Assembly (NCBI GenBank): GCA_050011055.1
Contig: JBEKJV010000002.1
Location: forward strand, 3,736-67,735
DNA from: Nitrososphaerales archaeon
GTDB taxonomy: Archaea > Thermoproteota > Nitrososphaeria > Nitrososphaerales > Gagatemarchaeaceae
Length of the DNA stretch: 64,000 bases
Reading direction: 5' to 3'
The notes beneath the pieces were generated by a model. It searched no databases. It saw only the letters and a program-made list of their open reading frames with translations, and was not told the DNA's origin. A program made the position numbers and the translations under genes. Shown here in pieces: positions 27,662 to 37,201 of the stretch (its first letter is position 1; every line of letters begins with the position of its first letter).

Positions 27662-28825
27662 ATGCCAAAATCCAAGGTGTTCGTTTCTTCAGCGGGTTTC
27701 ACCAAGATAGGCGACCACTGGGAGAAGTCGCTTCTTGACCTGGCAGTAGAGGCAGCCAGAGGGGCGATGAAGGGTACGCCCAAAGTCAAGCCGCAGGAGA
27801 TTTTCGTCGGGAACATGTTCAGCGGAATCGGCGCACGACAGGAGCACCTTGGGGCTCTCCTTGCCAGTGCCCTGGGCCTCATAGGGGTGCCGGCCGTCAA
27901 GGTAGAGTCGGCCTGCTCGTCAGGCGGTTCTGCCTTCAACGTTGCGTATTCACTCGTGAAATCAGGGGCGCTTGACTCTGCTCTCGTGGTCGGGGTCGAG
28001 AAGATGCGGGACTTGGAGTCGGAGGAGATATCACAGGCGCTCACGATGGCAGAGTCAGCAGAGTATACTCAGTTCGTGGGCGCCTCGTTCGCCGCGCTGA
28101 ACGGCCTCCTAGCAAGATACTACATGGAACAGCTAAACGTTTCGAGGGATGAACTCAGCTCGATCCCAGTCATAGACCACGCGAACGCGGTTACTGCTGA
28201 GCACGCCCAGTTCAGGAAGGCAATCACGCTTGACGTGGTCAGCAGATCGAGCATGGTCGCAGACCCGTTGAGACTCTTCGACTGTGCCCCAGTTGGAGAC
28301 GGGGCTGCAGCTGTACTCTTGGTCAGTGACAGGGCGGCGTCTGGCACCAGGAAGCAAATGGCCGAGGTCCTGGGCGGGAGAATCGCGACGAACGAGTTCA
28401 GCGTCTACGAGAGGGAAGACATGCTCGATTTCCACGCGACTCGGGATGCCTTCAAGGGAGCAATGGCCCAGGCAGGGCTCTCCCCTCGGAAGCTCGACTT
28501 TGCTGAAATCCATGACGCCTTCTCTGTGATGGGGGCCCTGTCCCTCGAGGCAATGGGGTTTTCGAGAAGAGGACGCGGCTCGAGAGACGCGAAGGAGGGG
28601 AAGTACAACAATGGGTCAGAGCTTCCAATCAATACGTTCGGGGGGCTGAAGGCTAGAGGGAACCCTGTGGGGGCGACTGGCGTCTACCAGGTCGCAGAGA
28701 CCTTCCTGCAGCTGACAGACCAGGCCGGTAGGAACCAAATCGAGGACGCCGACTATGCGATCACCCACAATATCGGAGGAGTGGACACCACGAGCGTAGT
28801 CCATGTATTCGGGAGGGCTGAGTAG
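27662..28825 (+). CDS. Acetyl-CoA acetyltransferase (archaeal thiolase)
   Basis: VESACSSGGSAF (nucleophile Cys), EIHDAFS (His), and THNIGG at the C-terminus. Confidence 0.9.
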   Translation: MPKSKVFVSSAGFTKIGDHWEKSLLDLAVEAARGAMKGTPKVKPQEIFVGNMFSGIGARQEHLGALLASALGLIGVPAVKVESACSSGGSAFNVAYSLVKSGALDSALVVGVEKMRDLESEEISQALTMAESAEYTQFVGASFAALNGLLARYYMEQLNVSRDELSSIPVIDHANAVTAEHAQFRKAITLDVVSRSSMVADPLRLFDCAPVGDGAAAVLLVSDRAASGTRKQMAEVLGGRIATNEFSVYEREDMLDFHATRDAFKGAMAQAGLSPRKLDFAEIHDAFSVMGALSLEAMGFSRRGRGSRDAKEGKYNNGSELPINTFGGLKARGNPVGATGVYQVAETFLQLTDQAGRNQIEDADYAITHNIGGVDTTSVVHVFGRAE

Positions 28826-29215
28826 ATGGCCATCCAGGCTTGGAGGATCAGGGACCGGTACTACAGGCTGATCGGCAGCCAGTGTCAGAAGTGCAGCGCC
28901 GAGTTCTTCCCACCTGTCTACAGGTGCAGGCGTTGCGGCTCCGAGAGCGTCAAGGACAGGGAAATGCCGAGGGAGGGGAGGATAATGACCTACACGCAAC
29001 TCCATGAAGTGTTGCCCGGGTTCGAGGCACAGGCCCCATTCTATCTCGCTGTAGTGAGGCTCGATAACGGAGCGAGAGTCCTCAGCCAAGTCGTCGATTC
29101 TCCTGGTGAATCCGTCAAGACAGGAGCAAGGGTGAGGGCGACTGTGCGAAGAGCCAAGGTCGATGGAGATTCGGGGCAGATTCTCTATGGCTACAAGTTT
29201 GTTGTGATCACATAG
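28826..29215 (+). CDS. DUF35 OB-fold/zinc-ribbon protein (scaffold of the thiolase-HMGCS complex)
   Basis: CQKCSAEFFPPVYRCRRCGS zinc ribbon followed by an OB-fold (GRIMTYTQLH...ARVLSQVVD). It starts on the base after the thiolase stop. Confidence 0.85.
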   Translation: MAIQAWRIRDRYYRLIGSQCQKCSAEFFPPVYRCRRCGSESVKDREMPREGRIMTYTQLHEVLPGFEAQAPFYLAVVRLDNGARVLSQVVDSPGESVKTGARVRATVRRAKVDGDSGQILYGYKFVVIT

Positions 29216-29285
29216 TCTACGATTTGCGGCTGGAGAAATCGTCGCCAGGGAGGGCAGGGTTCTGACTCTGCGCTGCCGCGTACGG

Positions 29286-29846
29286 CTAGATACCTACGGC
29301 GTCCCTGAGGCCCCTGAGCCTGTTCCTTATCGCGACTTCGGGGACCCCTGCCGCTTCGGCCAGGTCCTTCGGAGTCTTGTCCTCCCTCTCGAGGATGCAT
29401 GCAACGTATAGAGCTGCAGCCGCAAGGCCTATCGGATCTTCACCTACTGAAATCCCGGTATCCTTGGCTCGCTTCAGGATCCCTAACGCCCTCTTCTTCG
29501 TTCTCTCGGAGAGTCCTGCCTTCGAAGCGATACTTGAGATACATTGAGTTTCAGTGTCAACTCCATGAGGGGTTCGCAAGCGTCCCAGAGGGTTCCTAAT
29601 CCAAGATGAGAACGAACCCCTGGTTGTGAATGGCTCCGGCTTTTTCGGGTTTTCGTCATAAGGGACTTTCGAGGTACCGTGCGCGGCACCATACACCATC
29701 AACACGGCCCCAGCTAGAAACGCAGCGTCAGCGAGAAGTGAATAGTCGGGACCCATGTTGAGAAGACGCTTGTTGAAGAGACCCTCCGCAATAGCTAGAA
29801 TGACCATCACTGAACCCAATCCGATGCAATAGTCCCACCTATCCAC
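29286..29846 (-). CDS. Membrane-anchored paralogue of the TFB second cyclin repeat (2 TM + linker + single cyclin/HTH domain)
   Basis: The C-terminal 85 aa (CISSIASKAGLSERTKKRALGILKRAKDTGISVGEDPIGLAAAALYVACILEREDKTPKDLAEAAGVPEVAIRNRLRGLRDAVGI) match the C-terminus of the TFB at 38545-39483 at 64/85 positions by ungapped hand alignment. The N-terminus has two hydrophobic helices (CIGLGSVMVILAIAEGLF and LLADAAFLAGAVLMVYGAA). There is no Zn ribbon, B-reader or first cyclin repeat. Confidence 0.75.
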   Translation of the reverse strand: MDRWDYCIGLGSVMVILAIAEGLFNKRLLNMGPDYSLLADAAFLAGAVLMVYGAAHGTSKVPYDENPKKPEPFTTRGSFSSWIRNPLGRLRTPHGVDTETQCISSIASKAGLSERTKKRALGILKRAKDTGISVGEDPIGLAAAALYVACILEREDKTPKDLAEAAGVPEVAIRNRLRGLRDAVGI

Positions 29847-29870
29847 CCGTGCTTCAGTTGTCGAACGTCA

Positions 29871-29878
29871 GATAAATC
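29871..29878 (-). promoter_or_regulatory. TATA box (GATTTATC on the minus strand) about 28 nt upstream of GTG 29846
   Basis: Canonical leaderless spacing. This suggests the TFB-derived gene has its own promoter. Confidence 0.45.
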
Positions 29879-30634
29879 TTCGCAGCCAGTCAGCCTTCAA
29901 TGATAGTTGAAAGGCACCCCCTGATTCTCCACCTTGAGCCGTGGGCGCGCTGTGAGGGTTACAAGCCAGACGAGTCCTATCACTTGGACAGAAATCCAGA
30001 TTGGGGCTTCATCATGCTTACAAAGTATCCAGGCAATTCGTGCCATAGGCATGAAGACCCTAGAAGTGCAGGCAAATCCTCAGCCTAGTACTGACACACG
30101 CGATGTAGAATTGGTTACAGATGCAGGCGCTTCCCAGGTGATTTCGATGCGTTGTGCGATCCACGGGATAGAAATGGATTATCAACAGGGGAACACTTAC
30201 TTCTGTGCTGCCTGCCTAGGACTTTCAGGCAAGAATAATTCCAGGCACGGCAACTCGAAAGGTCGTACGAGAGATACTGTGTTGCGCACTACTTGAGCCT
30301 CGGTCTACGGGCTGAGTCGCAGTCCATGGAGCGACAATTCTAGACCAAAGCTCTGTTGAAGTGCCCCTCCTCGCCAGAACCATGATGGTGACACATGCGG
30401 CCCCGTATTGCGCTATTTCGTAGGAATTCTCTCCTGGCGGTGGACAAACACCGTTTTCCGGGGTCTCCGACAGATAGTCGCACCAGGTGAGTGCTAGCCC
30501 TTCTGGCAAGAGCAAGTGAGCGGGGTTCGCTTCCGCAGCAGCAATTGCGCAGAATAAGGAGCAAGTGATGCGGCTGGTCTAAAGGGGAAGCACGGATAGC
30601 ATATATCCGGACAGCTTCGAGCATTACGCCGACG

Positions 30635-32098
30635 ATGTCGTTCGACGATGTAGCTCGCCTGGCCCAGCAGAAGGGCTTCTTCTTCAAGTCTGCAGACAGC
30701 TATCCAAACTCCCCGGCTGGCTTTTGGGATTATGGGCCCCTCGGCTTATCGATGAGGAACAACTTTGTTGAGCTGTGGAGGCGTATGATAGTCAAAAGGG
30801 ACGGGATGCTTGAGATCGACGGGTCGCAGATCCTGCCGAAGGCGGTCTTTGAGGCGTCTGGCCATCTGTCTAGTTTCACTGACCCTTTTGTCCGATGTTC
30901 CAAGTGTGGTTCCGTTTTCAGGCCCGACAAGCTCGTGGAGGAAAAGACTCGCAAGCCCGTTCCTGAGAAGCTTCAGGACTCTGAATACGACTCTTTGATG
31001 GTGAAGGCTGGGGTGAAGTGCCTGAGATGCGGTTCGGCGCTCTCAGGAACAGGTCGCTTCAATATGATGTTCAGAGTCGGGATTGGCCCCATGCAGGAGG
31101 AGGCCTATCTCAGGCCTGAGACCTGTCAAAGCATCTTCGTGGATTTTCCGCTTCTGTTCAAGACACAAAGGGTCAAGCTCCCAGTGGGTGTGGCACAGGT
31201 GGGGCGCAGCTTCAGGAACGAGATTGCTCCCAGACAGGGGCTCATCAGGCTGAGGGAACTCAATCAGGCTGAGGTCGAGGTCTTCTTCAACCCGAAGCGG
31301 ACGGATGAGGCGAGATTTGGACCGGCTCAGAGCGACGAGCTGACTTTGCGCAGCCCAGAAGGGTCTTCCAGCAGGATCGCCGTCTCTGAGGCCATCGAGA
31401 AGGGGTTGGTTCCGAACAAGCTTGTTGGTTACTACCTCGCCTTGCTGCTCAGGTTCTACAGTGCGGCGGGGCTGCCGAAGGAGAGGCTCCGGTTCAGGAT
31501 TCTCTCCCAGGAAGACAGGGCCTTCTATTCGAAGATTGCCTACGACCTGGAGGTGGGCCTTTCGGTGGGATGGCTGGAACTAGTCGCATGTAACTACAGA
31601 AGTGACTACGACCTCGGGCGTCACTCGAGCGTGAGCGGGACGGACTTCACTGTCGACGACGGGGGTGAAAAAGTCCTGCCGCACGTCTTCGAGCTCTCGA
31701 TGGGCATCGACAGAAGCGTTTACGCGCTCCTAGAGGCTTCACTGAGGTCCGAAGGGGAGAAACGGCTTCTAGCGCTGAAGCCGTACGTGGCGCCCATGAA
31801 GGCAGGGGTCTTTCCGCTGGTCAACAAAGACGGCCTCCAGGAAGCCGCACTGGAGATATTCAGGGAGTTGCAGGAGACTCTCGACGTTTTCTACGATGAG
31901 TCGGGTTCGATAGGAAGGAGATACGCCAGGGCAGACGAAGTGGGCGTTCCGTACTGCATTACTATAGACTACGACACTCTCAAGGACAAAACCGTGACCG
32001 TTAGGAATCGTGACGACCGTGCCCAGCAAAGGGTCCCTGTTTCGTCCCTAACAGCAACGCTGACGGCCGCGACTCAGTACCCTAGGCTGTCGGGATAA
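30635..32098 (+). CDS. glyS: Glycyl-tRNA synthetase (archaeal/eukaryotic alpha2 type)
   Basis: FWDYGPLGLSMRNNFVELWRRM, motif 2 VGRSFRNEIAPRQGLIRLRELNQAEVEVF, motif 3 SMGIDRSVYALLE, and anticodon-binding SIGRRYARADEVGVPYCITID. Confidence 0.93.
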   Translation: MSFDDVARLAQQKGFFFKSADSYPNSPAGFWDYGPLGLSMRNNFVELWRRMIVKRDGMLEIDGSQILPKAVFEASGHLSSFTDPFVRCSKCGSVFRPDKLVEEKTRKPVPEKLQDSEYDSLMVKAGVKCLRCGSALSGTGRFNMMFRVGIGPMQEEAYLRPETCQSIFVDFPLLFKTQRVKLPVGVAQVGRSFRNEIAPRQGLIRLRELNQAEVEVFFNPKRTDEARFGPAQSDELTLRSPEGSSSRIAVSEAIEKGLVPNKLVGYYLALLLRFYSAAGLPKERLRFRILSQEDRAFYSKIAYDLEVGLSVGWLELVACNYRSDYDLGRHSSVSGTDFTVDDGGEKVLPHVFELSMGIDRSVYALLEASLRSEGEKRLLALKPYVAPMKAGVFPLVNKDGLQEAALEIFRELQETLDVFYDESGSIGRRYARADEVGVPYCITIDYDTLKDKTVTVRNRDDRAQQRVPVSSLTATLTAATQYPRLSG

Positions 32099-32897
32099 GG
32101 AAAAGGAGGATTGCGAGGGAGACAGCCGCTCCCGCAACACTGGCCAGGAGGTTGACTGCATTATTCTCAATGTACCAAACTCCTCCTGAAATGTGTGTGC
32201 TCTCTCCACAGTGTCTTAGCGCCTCGGTGGGCTTGTGGCAGATCACACAGTATCCTCTCCTCTGAACGGAAGCCCCGAGCACGCTGTCGGCGCAGGCTCC
32301 GAGGACCCCCCCTATGACGCATAGGGGCACCACTACGAGGTGCATCGACATCAGACCGAGGAAGAACGCCATAGAACCAATGACCAGTGAAGCAAAGACT
32401 GCCCCCAAGATGCCCAATAGGGTGACCCCTCCGGATGTCCCAGGCGTGACAGTTCTGGTTAGGTTTGTAATCAGCCTTGGCTTGCTGTGACTCAGGAGAC
32501 CCACTTCGGTCGCTACCGTGTCAGCGGCTGAGGTGGAGATGGCTCCAAGGAACAGAACAGATAGATCGATGCTAGGTCTGATGAAGTTGAGCAGAGCGAT
32601 CGCTGAGGCGATTCCGCCGTTTGCTATGATGTTGGGCCAGCTGCGAGCTCCGCCCTTCTCCTGCGCGCTCCCAAGCCTCCGCTTGTATCCATACTTGTAG
32701 AGAGTGAAGACGACTCCTAGGGTGAAGAAAACGGCGACTATGACGAACCATGAGAACCCTCCCCCGTAGATGATCAAGAAGCCCACGGCTGTGCTTGCGA
32801 GGAAACCCCTTCCATCAATCGTGTTGAGAAGGACCGCCGCCAGCGCGAATGCAATTACGATGAAGAATTCGACGGTAGTGGTGATTATCGCCAGCAC
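32082..32897 (-). CDS. DUF92/TMEM19-family integral membrane protein
   Basis: GGARSWPNIIANGG and SAADTVATEVG match the DUF92 signatures. A CVICHKPTEALRHC insertion sits near the C-terminus. It converges on glyS and overlaps it by 17 nt. Confidence 0.6.
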   Translation of the reverse strand: MLAIITTTVEFFIVIAFALAAVLLNTIDGRGFLASTAVGFLIIYGGGFSWFVIVAVFFTLGVVFTLYKYGYKRRLGSAQEKGGARSWPNIIANGGIASAIALLNFIRPSIDLSVLFLGAISTSAADTVATEVGLLSHSKPRLITNLTRTVTPGTSGGVTLLGILGAVFASLVIGSMAFFLGLMSMHLVVVPLCVIGGVLGACADSVLGASVQRRGYCVICHKPTEALRHCGESTHISGGVWYIENNAVNLLASVAGAAVSLAILLFLIPTA

Positions 32898-33136
32898 AGC
32901 CTTTCCCGGCGCTCATAGTTGAAGTAAAAAGGCTTGCAGGCCCGCACTCTGGAGGATTCTGGCGCTTCTGCTGTTATATACAAAGAGCCTTGCCTGAGTT
33001 CTTGAAGACACTGACAGATCCTCCCGCTTGTTGATGCCTGGTTTCCAGATGTTCTCAGACGAACCTGTTGATTGGCTCGTCCGAAGGTTGCCATGGAGCT
33101 TTGTGAGCTTTGAGGCAAACTTGCTGGATTTCGCAA

Positions 33137-33934
33137 TCAAGACTGATGAGACAGGGTGACCGCTCTTAGGGCTGAAATGAGGGACTCCACTGAGGGCGCG
33201 CTCGACAGCGCTAGGACAATCCTCTCTCGCCTCGCTAAGTCCACCGCGAGCGGGTCAAGATTCTTCGGGCCGTGAATTATGACGACCCTTGGCTTTAGCT
33301 GGGAGACCCTGATTGCCACCAGGGGACTGCGTCCCATCCCGACCTTAGTGAATACCAGCGCTCTCTCGGTCGTGGCCCCGAAGATCTTGTAGAAGTCGTA
33401 ACCAGAGAGCGCGTAGATCGTCTTTATGCTGTCTACGACCGTGTAACCGTACAACTTCACATGCTTCTCGTCACCCGCGAGCACCCTCGCATCGATTGCC
33501 TTCAGGACCGCCGAGGCTTCGACCGGACCTGCGAATTCGCCTATTGAAAGGATGGCCTCATCCTTTCCACTGGAGACCAGCTTTGGTATCATCCGGTCTC
33601 GTCCCGCGTCGAGCTTGATGAGGGCTTCTACGTACTTCTTCACGAATTGGACGCCTGGAGAAGGTCTCCGGCCGCTCTCGTAATCGCTCAGGACTGAGGG
33701 CGAGATTGCCAGTGTCTTCGCAAGCATTACTTGCTTTATCCCTAGCTTGGCTCTCCAGGCCTTCATTGCCCTCCCCGGGTCTGGGCTGGCCACAACGTTG
33801 CCCGCAATCTTCGCAAGTGCGTCCGTTTCGCTGGATTCCAACTGAATTAGGCATTTGGCGAATGGGATTTTAAGTGTTTGACGATGACGAAGACTGCCGA
33901 AGGGAGCCCGAATGGAAGTCCCCGACGACCGCAC
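33137..33934 (-). CDS. XRE-type HTH transcriptional regulator with a C-terminal domain (COG1395-like)
   Basis: HTH_3 segment MKAWRAKLGIKQVMLAKTLAISPSVLSDYESGRRPSPG, then a ~170-aa alpha/beta domain. The true start is uncertain. Confidence 0.6.
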   Translation of the reverse strand: MRSSGTSIRAPFGSLRHRQTLKIPFAKCLIQLESSETDALAKIAGNVVASPDPGRAMKAWRAKLGIKQVMLAKTLAISPSVLSDYESGRRPSPGVQFVKKYVEALIKLDAGRDRMIPKLVSSGKDEAILSIGEFAGPVEASAVLKAIDARVLAGDEKHVKLYGYTVVDSIKTIYALSGYDFYKIFGATTERALVFTKVGMGRSPLVAIRVSQLKPRVVIIHGPKNLDPLAVDLARRERIVLALSSAPSVESLISALRAVTLSHQS

Positions 33935-33947
33935 ATCCTGTCCTCGC

Positions 33948-34859
33948 TTAACCTTCGTTCTTCCCTGATATTACTATCACGGGAGTTGACTTGATGCCAT
34001 GCTTCGATCGCAGCTTTTCAATAATGTCGTGCTCCTCACGAATTCTTGGTGGCTGCTCGGAAATGACGTATGAGGGGAATTCGACAGGCGCATAATCCCT
34101 GCCAAAATGCTTCTTCTCAGATGCAATCTCTGAGTACCCTGCCTCTTCCATCACTCCTTCCAGTTCGTCGCTGCCTGGTGGAATGACTTCCCATCCGATT
34201 TTGGCTCTGAGTTGAATGTAGGCAACGTACACTTCTTCCGCGGGAGATTCGGCCTCCATCGAGGACTCTGCCAGGACAGCCTTCCCACCCTTTGCCGTCG
34301 CCCTACGCATCTCGGCGATGAACCCCTTCTGGTCGATCGGGGCCAACATGTTCCTGATTGCATGAATGCAGCTGACCACCTCGAATTCTTCAGACATTAG
34401 CGGGAGATTCGAGCCGTCGGACCTTATCCCACTAACAGCAGAAGTGAGGCCAAGTCTCCTCGAACTCTCCAAGAACACTTTCCACCATCTGGCCCTCTGT
34501 GCGCCGTTCATGATGTCAACTGCCGTGACCTCATTCTTGAGGCGAGCACTAGCGAATGCGAAATATCCCCTCCCTGTAGCAACATCGAGTAAGGAGGAAC
34601 CGCTTCGTACGAAATCCCTTGCCATAGCATTCCTTTCTTGCCCGATTCCGGATTCGTCGAACACATCCCATATTGATACGCGATGTCTTGAGAGGAGTTC
34701 TTCTAGAATTCCCTCCCGTTCTCTTTGCAGTGTGGCAACATCTCGTTCTTTCACCTCTGCCGGGAAGAGTTCTTCAGACAGGCTGCATTCGATGCCGAGA
34801 CGACCGCACAATCGTGGTATGGATTGACAGGCCAACGGAAAGATGAACTCATCCAGCAA
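33948..34859 (-). CDS. Class I SAM-dependent methyltransferase
   Basis: Motif I LLDVATGRGYFAFASA and post-I TAVDI, then a ~100-aa C-terminal extension of unknown function. Confidence 0.65.
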   Translation of the reverse strand: MLDEFIFPLACQSIPRLCGRLGIECSLSEELFPAEVKERDVATLQREREGILEELLSRHRVSIWDVFDESGIGQERNAMARDFVRSGSSLLDVATGRGYFAFASARLKNEVTAVDIMNGAQRARWWKVFLESSRRLGLTSAVSGIRSDGSNLPLMSEEFEVVSCIHAIRNMLAPIDQKGFIAEMRRATAKGGKAVLAESSMEAESPAEEVYVAYIQLRAKIGWEVIPPGSDELEGVMEEAGYSEIASEKKHFGRDYAPVEFPSYVISEQPPRIREEHDIIEKLRSKHGIKSTPVIVISGKNEG

Positions 34860-35219
34860 CTAGCAGCACCTGACATTAGGCACCAATTGCGATATAATCT
34901 TTTGAGAAACTTCTGGGCAGACGATGCATGACGACTGATCGGTTAACTCTTGTGCGCTGTGCACCGGGTCGAGATCCCGAGAATCATCGACTTCTCAGAT
35001 TTTCTTCGGTGCCTTGGTGAGATTCAGTGTTCTTCAGCCTCGGGAGGATGGACGCCTATTCTCTAATGATATGCTCTGTTCTTCTGGCTACGCTCTATGC
35101 ACTGGAAACAGCGTGCCCCTGCTCGTGACCTCTACTGGGGTTGACCCACACAAAGGTTCTTCTGGAGCCCAGAGCACACGAGTGCTCCGAAGAATGATCG
35201 CCATGTGGTTCCGTGCGAT

Positions 35220-36623
35220 ATGAACCGCGGATCAATCATCTTCTTGGCTACCTTGCTGGTTCTCGGCGTCACTCTGAACGGAGTCTGGGCGACCGACCAT
35301 ACGGCAAGCTTCTTGGATCTCGACTATGCAATGTGGACCAACCACACCTTCGCGTTGGGCCGCGTGGGGCAATTCGTCCCCAACTCCGTAGACATCTTCC
35401 AGTACAGAGGGCAGTACTATTCTGCGCTGGCGCCAGGGTTGGCCCTTCTCGCCTTTCCCTTCGTGGTGCTGGGTTTCATCATCGTCGGCCACTTCAGCGA
35501 ATACGGGGCTGTTATGCTCTCCAGCGAGTTCTTCGTTGCGATACTGAATGCCCTCGCAGCGCTCTACCTCTACAAATTGTGTAGGATGTACTTCCGGGAG
35601 GCCACGGCCAGCTTTATCGCGCTTGCTTACGCTTTCTCAACCATCAGCTGGCCTTTTGCCACTTTCTTCTTCCAGAGCGACGTTTCTGCCGCACTGAATG
35701 TCATCGCTGTTTACTTCGTCTTGCGAGTCACCAAGGGCATTGGAGGCATCGCAACTATCCTGCTCGGGGGCCTTTCAGTTGCGGCTGCGATGATGGTTGA
35801 TTATGTGAACTTCCTCCTGATGCCGGTTCTGCTAGTCTATATCGTCGTGTCGTTGAGAGAGAATCATGAACTTCTCGTGAAGTCTATCACAGGATTCGCT
35901 CTATGTTCCTTTTTTGGAGTCCTGGCGATTGGCCTGTATAACTACGAAGCCTTTGGGCAGGTCCTGGTTTCCTCCGAACAGTTGTTTCTTCACAGTCCGT
36001 CTGTTCTGGGAAACTTCTCGACGCCTCTGTACCTAGGGATTGTCCTGAACCTCTTCACGCCGTTGAGAGGCATCTTTCTATTCTCTCCTATTCTTCTCAT
36101 CGGTGTCTTCGGATTCAGGAAGATGTTAGGTAGTCCTGAGGTCAGAAAAGAGGGCCTTCTCATTCTGGCAGTCTTTATGGTACTGTTCCTGCCTTACTGC
36201 GCCTGGTATGGTCCCACTGGGGGTCTATCCTTTGGACCTCGATTCATAATAGCTTCGTTCCCGTTCCTTCTTCTTCCAGTGGGTTACGTGATAGAAAGCG
36301 GGTGGAGGTACCAAGCCCCTGTCATCTACGTCCTGTATTCCGCAGGGGTGGTCATAAACGGTCTCGCTGCCCTCACGAGTGCGCTCGCTGGGAATTCAGG
36401 CTGGCTAACCTCGCCCTTCCTTGACAGCACGATCCCTCTATTTGCGCAAGGAACTCTCGACCAATGGTGGAGGGGGTTTGTCGGGTGGCTTTGGCCTGTG
36501 GCGGCTACAACCATAATTGCTGCGGCTCTTCTCCTTCCGGAGATCCTAGAGCGCATTTCGGAACATGGTCTGGATCTAGCTAATCAACCAGCAATAATCG
36601 GCGTTAGCCAAGATCACGACTGA
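35220..36623 (+). CDS. Polytopic GT-C-type glycosyltransferase (ArnT/PMT/DUF2029-like)
   Basis: At least 10 TM helices with a first extracytoplasmic loop after TM1, in the GT-C style. The call rests on topology only. ATG 35220 is preferred to GTG 35205. Confidence 0.45.
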   Translation: MNRGSIIFLATLLVLGVTLNGVWATDHTASFLDLDYAMWTNHTFALGRVGQFVPNSVDIFQYRGQYYSALAPGLALLAFPFVVLGFIIVGHFSEYGAVMLSSEFFVAILNALAALYLYKLCRMYFREATASFIALAYAFSTISWPFATFFFQSDVSAALNVIAVYFVLRVTKGIGGIATILLGGLSVAAAMMVDYVNFLLMPVLLVYIVVSLRENHELLVKSITGFALCSFFGVLAIGLYNYEAFGQVLVSSEQLFLHSPSVLGNFSTPLYLGIVLNLFTPLRGIFLFSPILLIGVFGFRKMLGSPEVRKEGLLILAVFMVLFLPYCAWYGPTGGLSFGPRFIIASFPFLLLPVGYVIESGWRYQAPVIYVLYSAGVVINGLAALTSALAGNSGWLTSPFLDSTIPLFAQGTLDQWWRGFVGWLWPVAATTIIAAALLLPEILERISEHGLDLANQPAIIGVSQDHD

Positions 36624-36836
36624 TGAGTGAAGGACAGCCTACAACGCGGCACTTGAACTGGGGAATTCAGAGGATCCGAGATGACTCTCCCTTCCAATCG
36701 AAGGACTAACGATTAGCAGTTGTAAGGATAGCCGTCGTGCGCGTATTCGTGGTTGCAGGTACCGTTATGGTGTAAACCGTCTCCTTGACGCCTTCTCGAG
36801 GGGCTTCTCAGATGCCTATCATGTGAGCTAGGGGGC

Positions 36837-37201
36837 CTAACTCAGCTTCACTAGCTGCTGGGGCTCCGTCACAGGGACAATGACTACTCCAGTCCCGAAC
36901 GCGATTATCTCGTCCATCGTTGTCCCTATCTCAGTGGAATCGAACATGATGCTGAGCACGGCGTTCGCCCCCATGCTTGCTGCTTGCTCCGCGAGCCTGT
37001 CCAAAGCCTGCTGTCTGGCCTGGTGGGCCATTTCGGTGTATTCGTTGATTTCTCCACCCCTAATCGACCGCAGCCCGGCCATGAGGTTTCCCCCCAGCTT
37101 CGTGACCTGACAATTATTCCGTAGACCAGCCCCAAAACCTTGGTTACCTTGTAGCCCGGTGCGTAGTTGCTAGTCAGCATGAGTATCCCCCCTGAGCTCA
37201 T
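36837..37201 (-). pseudogene. YbjQ/UPF0145-family protein gene interrupted by a 1-nt frameshift in a homopolymer
   Basis: The N-terminal part (MSSGGILMLTSNYAPGYKVTKVLGLVYGIIVRSRS) and the C-terminal part (MAGLRSIRGGEINEYTEMAHQARQQALDRLAEQAASMGANAVLSIMFDS...AFGTGVVI) are in different frames. They join at a C6 run (37090-37095 on the plus strand). One extra base restores ...VRSRSWGGNLMAGLRSIRGGE.... Confidence 0.75.

Noticed and set aside
36715-36800. Minus-strand His/Cys-rich peptide (...GDGLHHNGTCNHEYAHDGYPYNC*) downstream of the YbjQ-family gene
   Set aside because: There is no ATG/GTG/TTG in frame between the upstream TGA and the peptide, so it cannot be initiated canonically. It is most likely chance.
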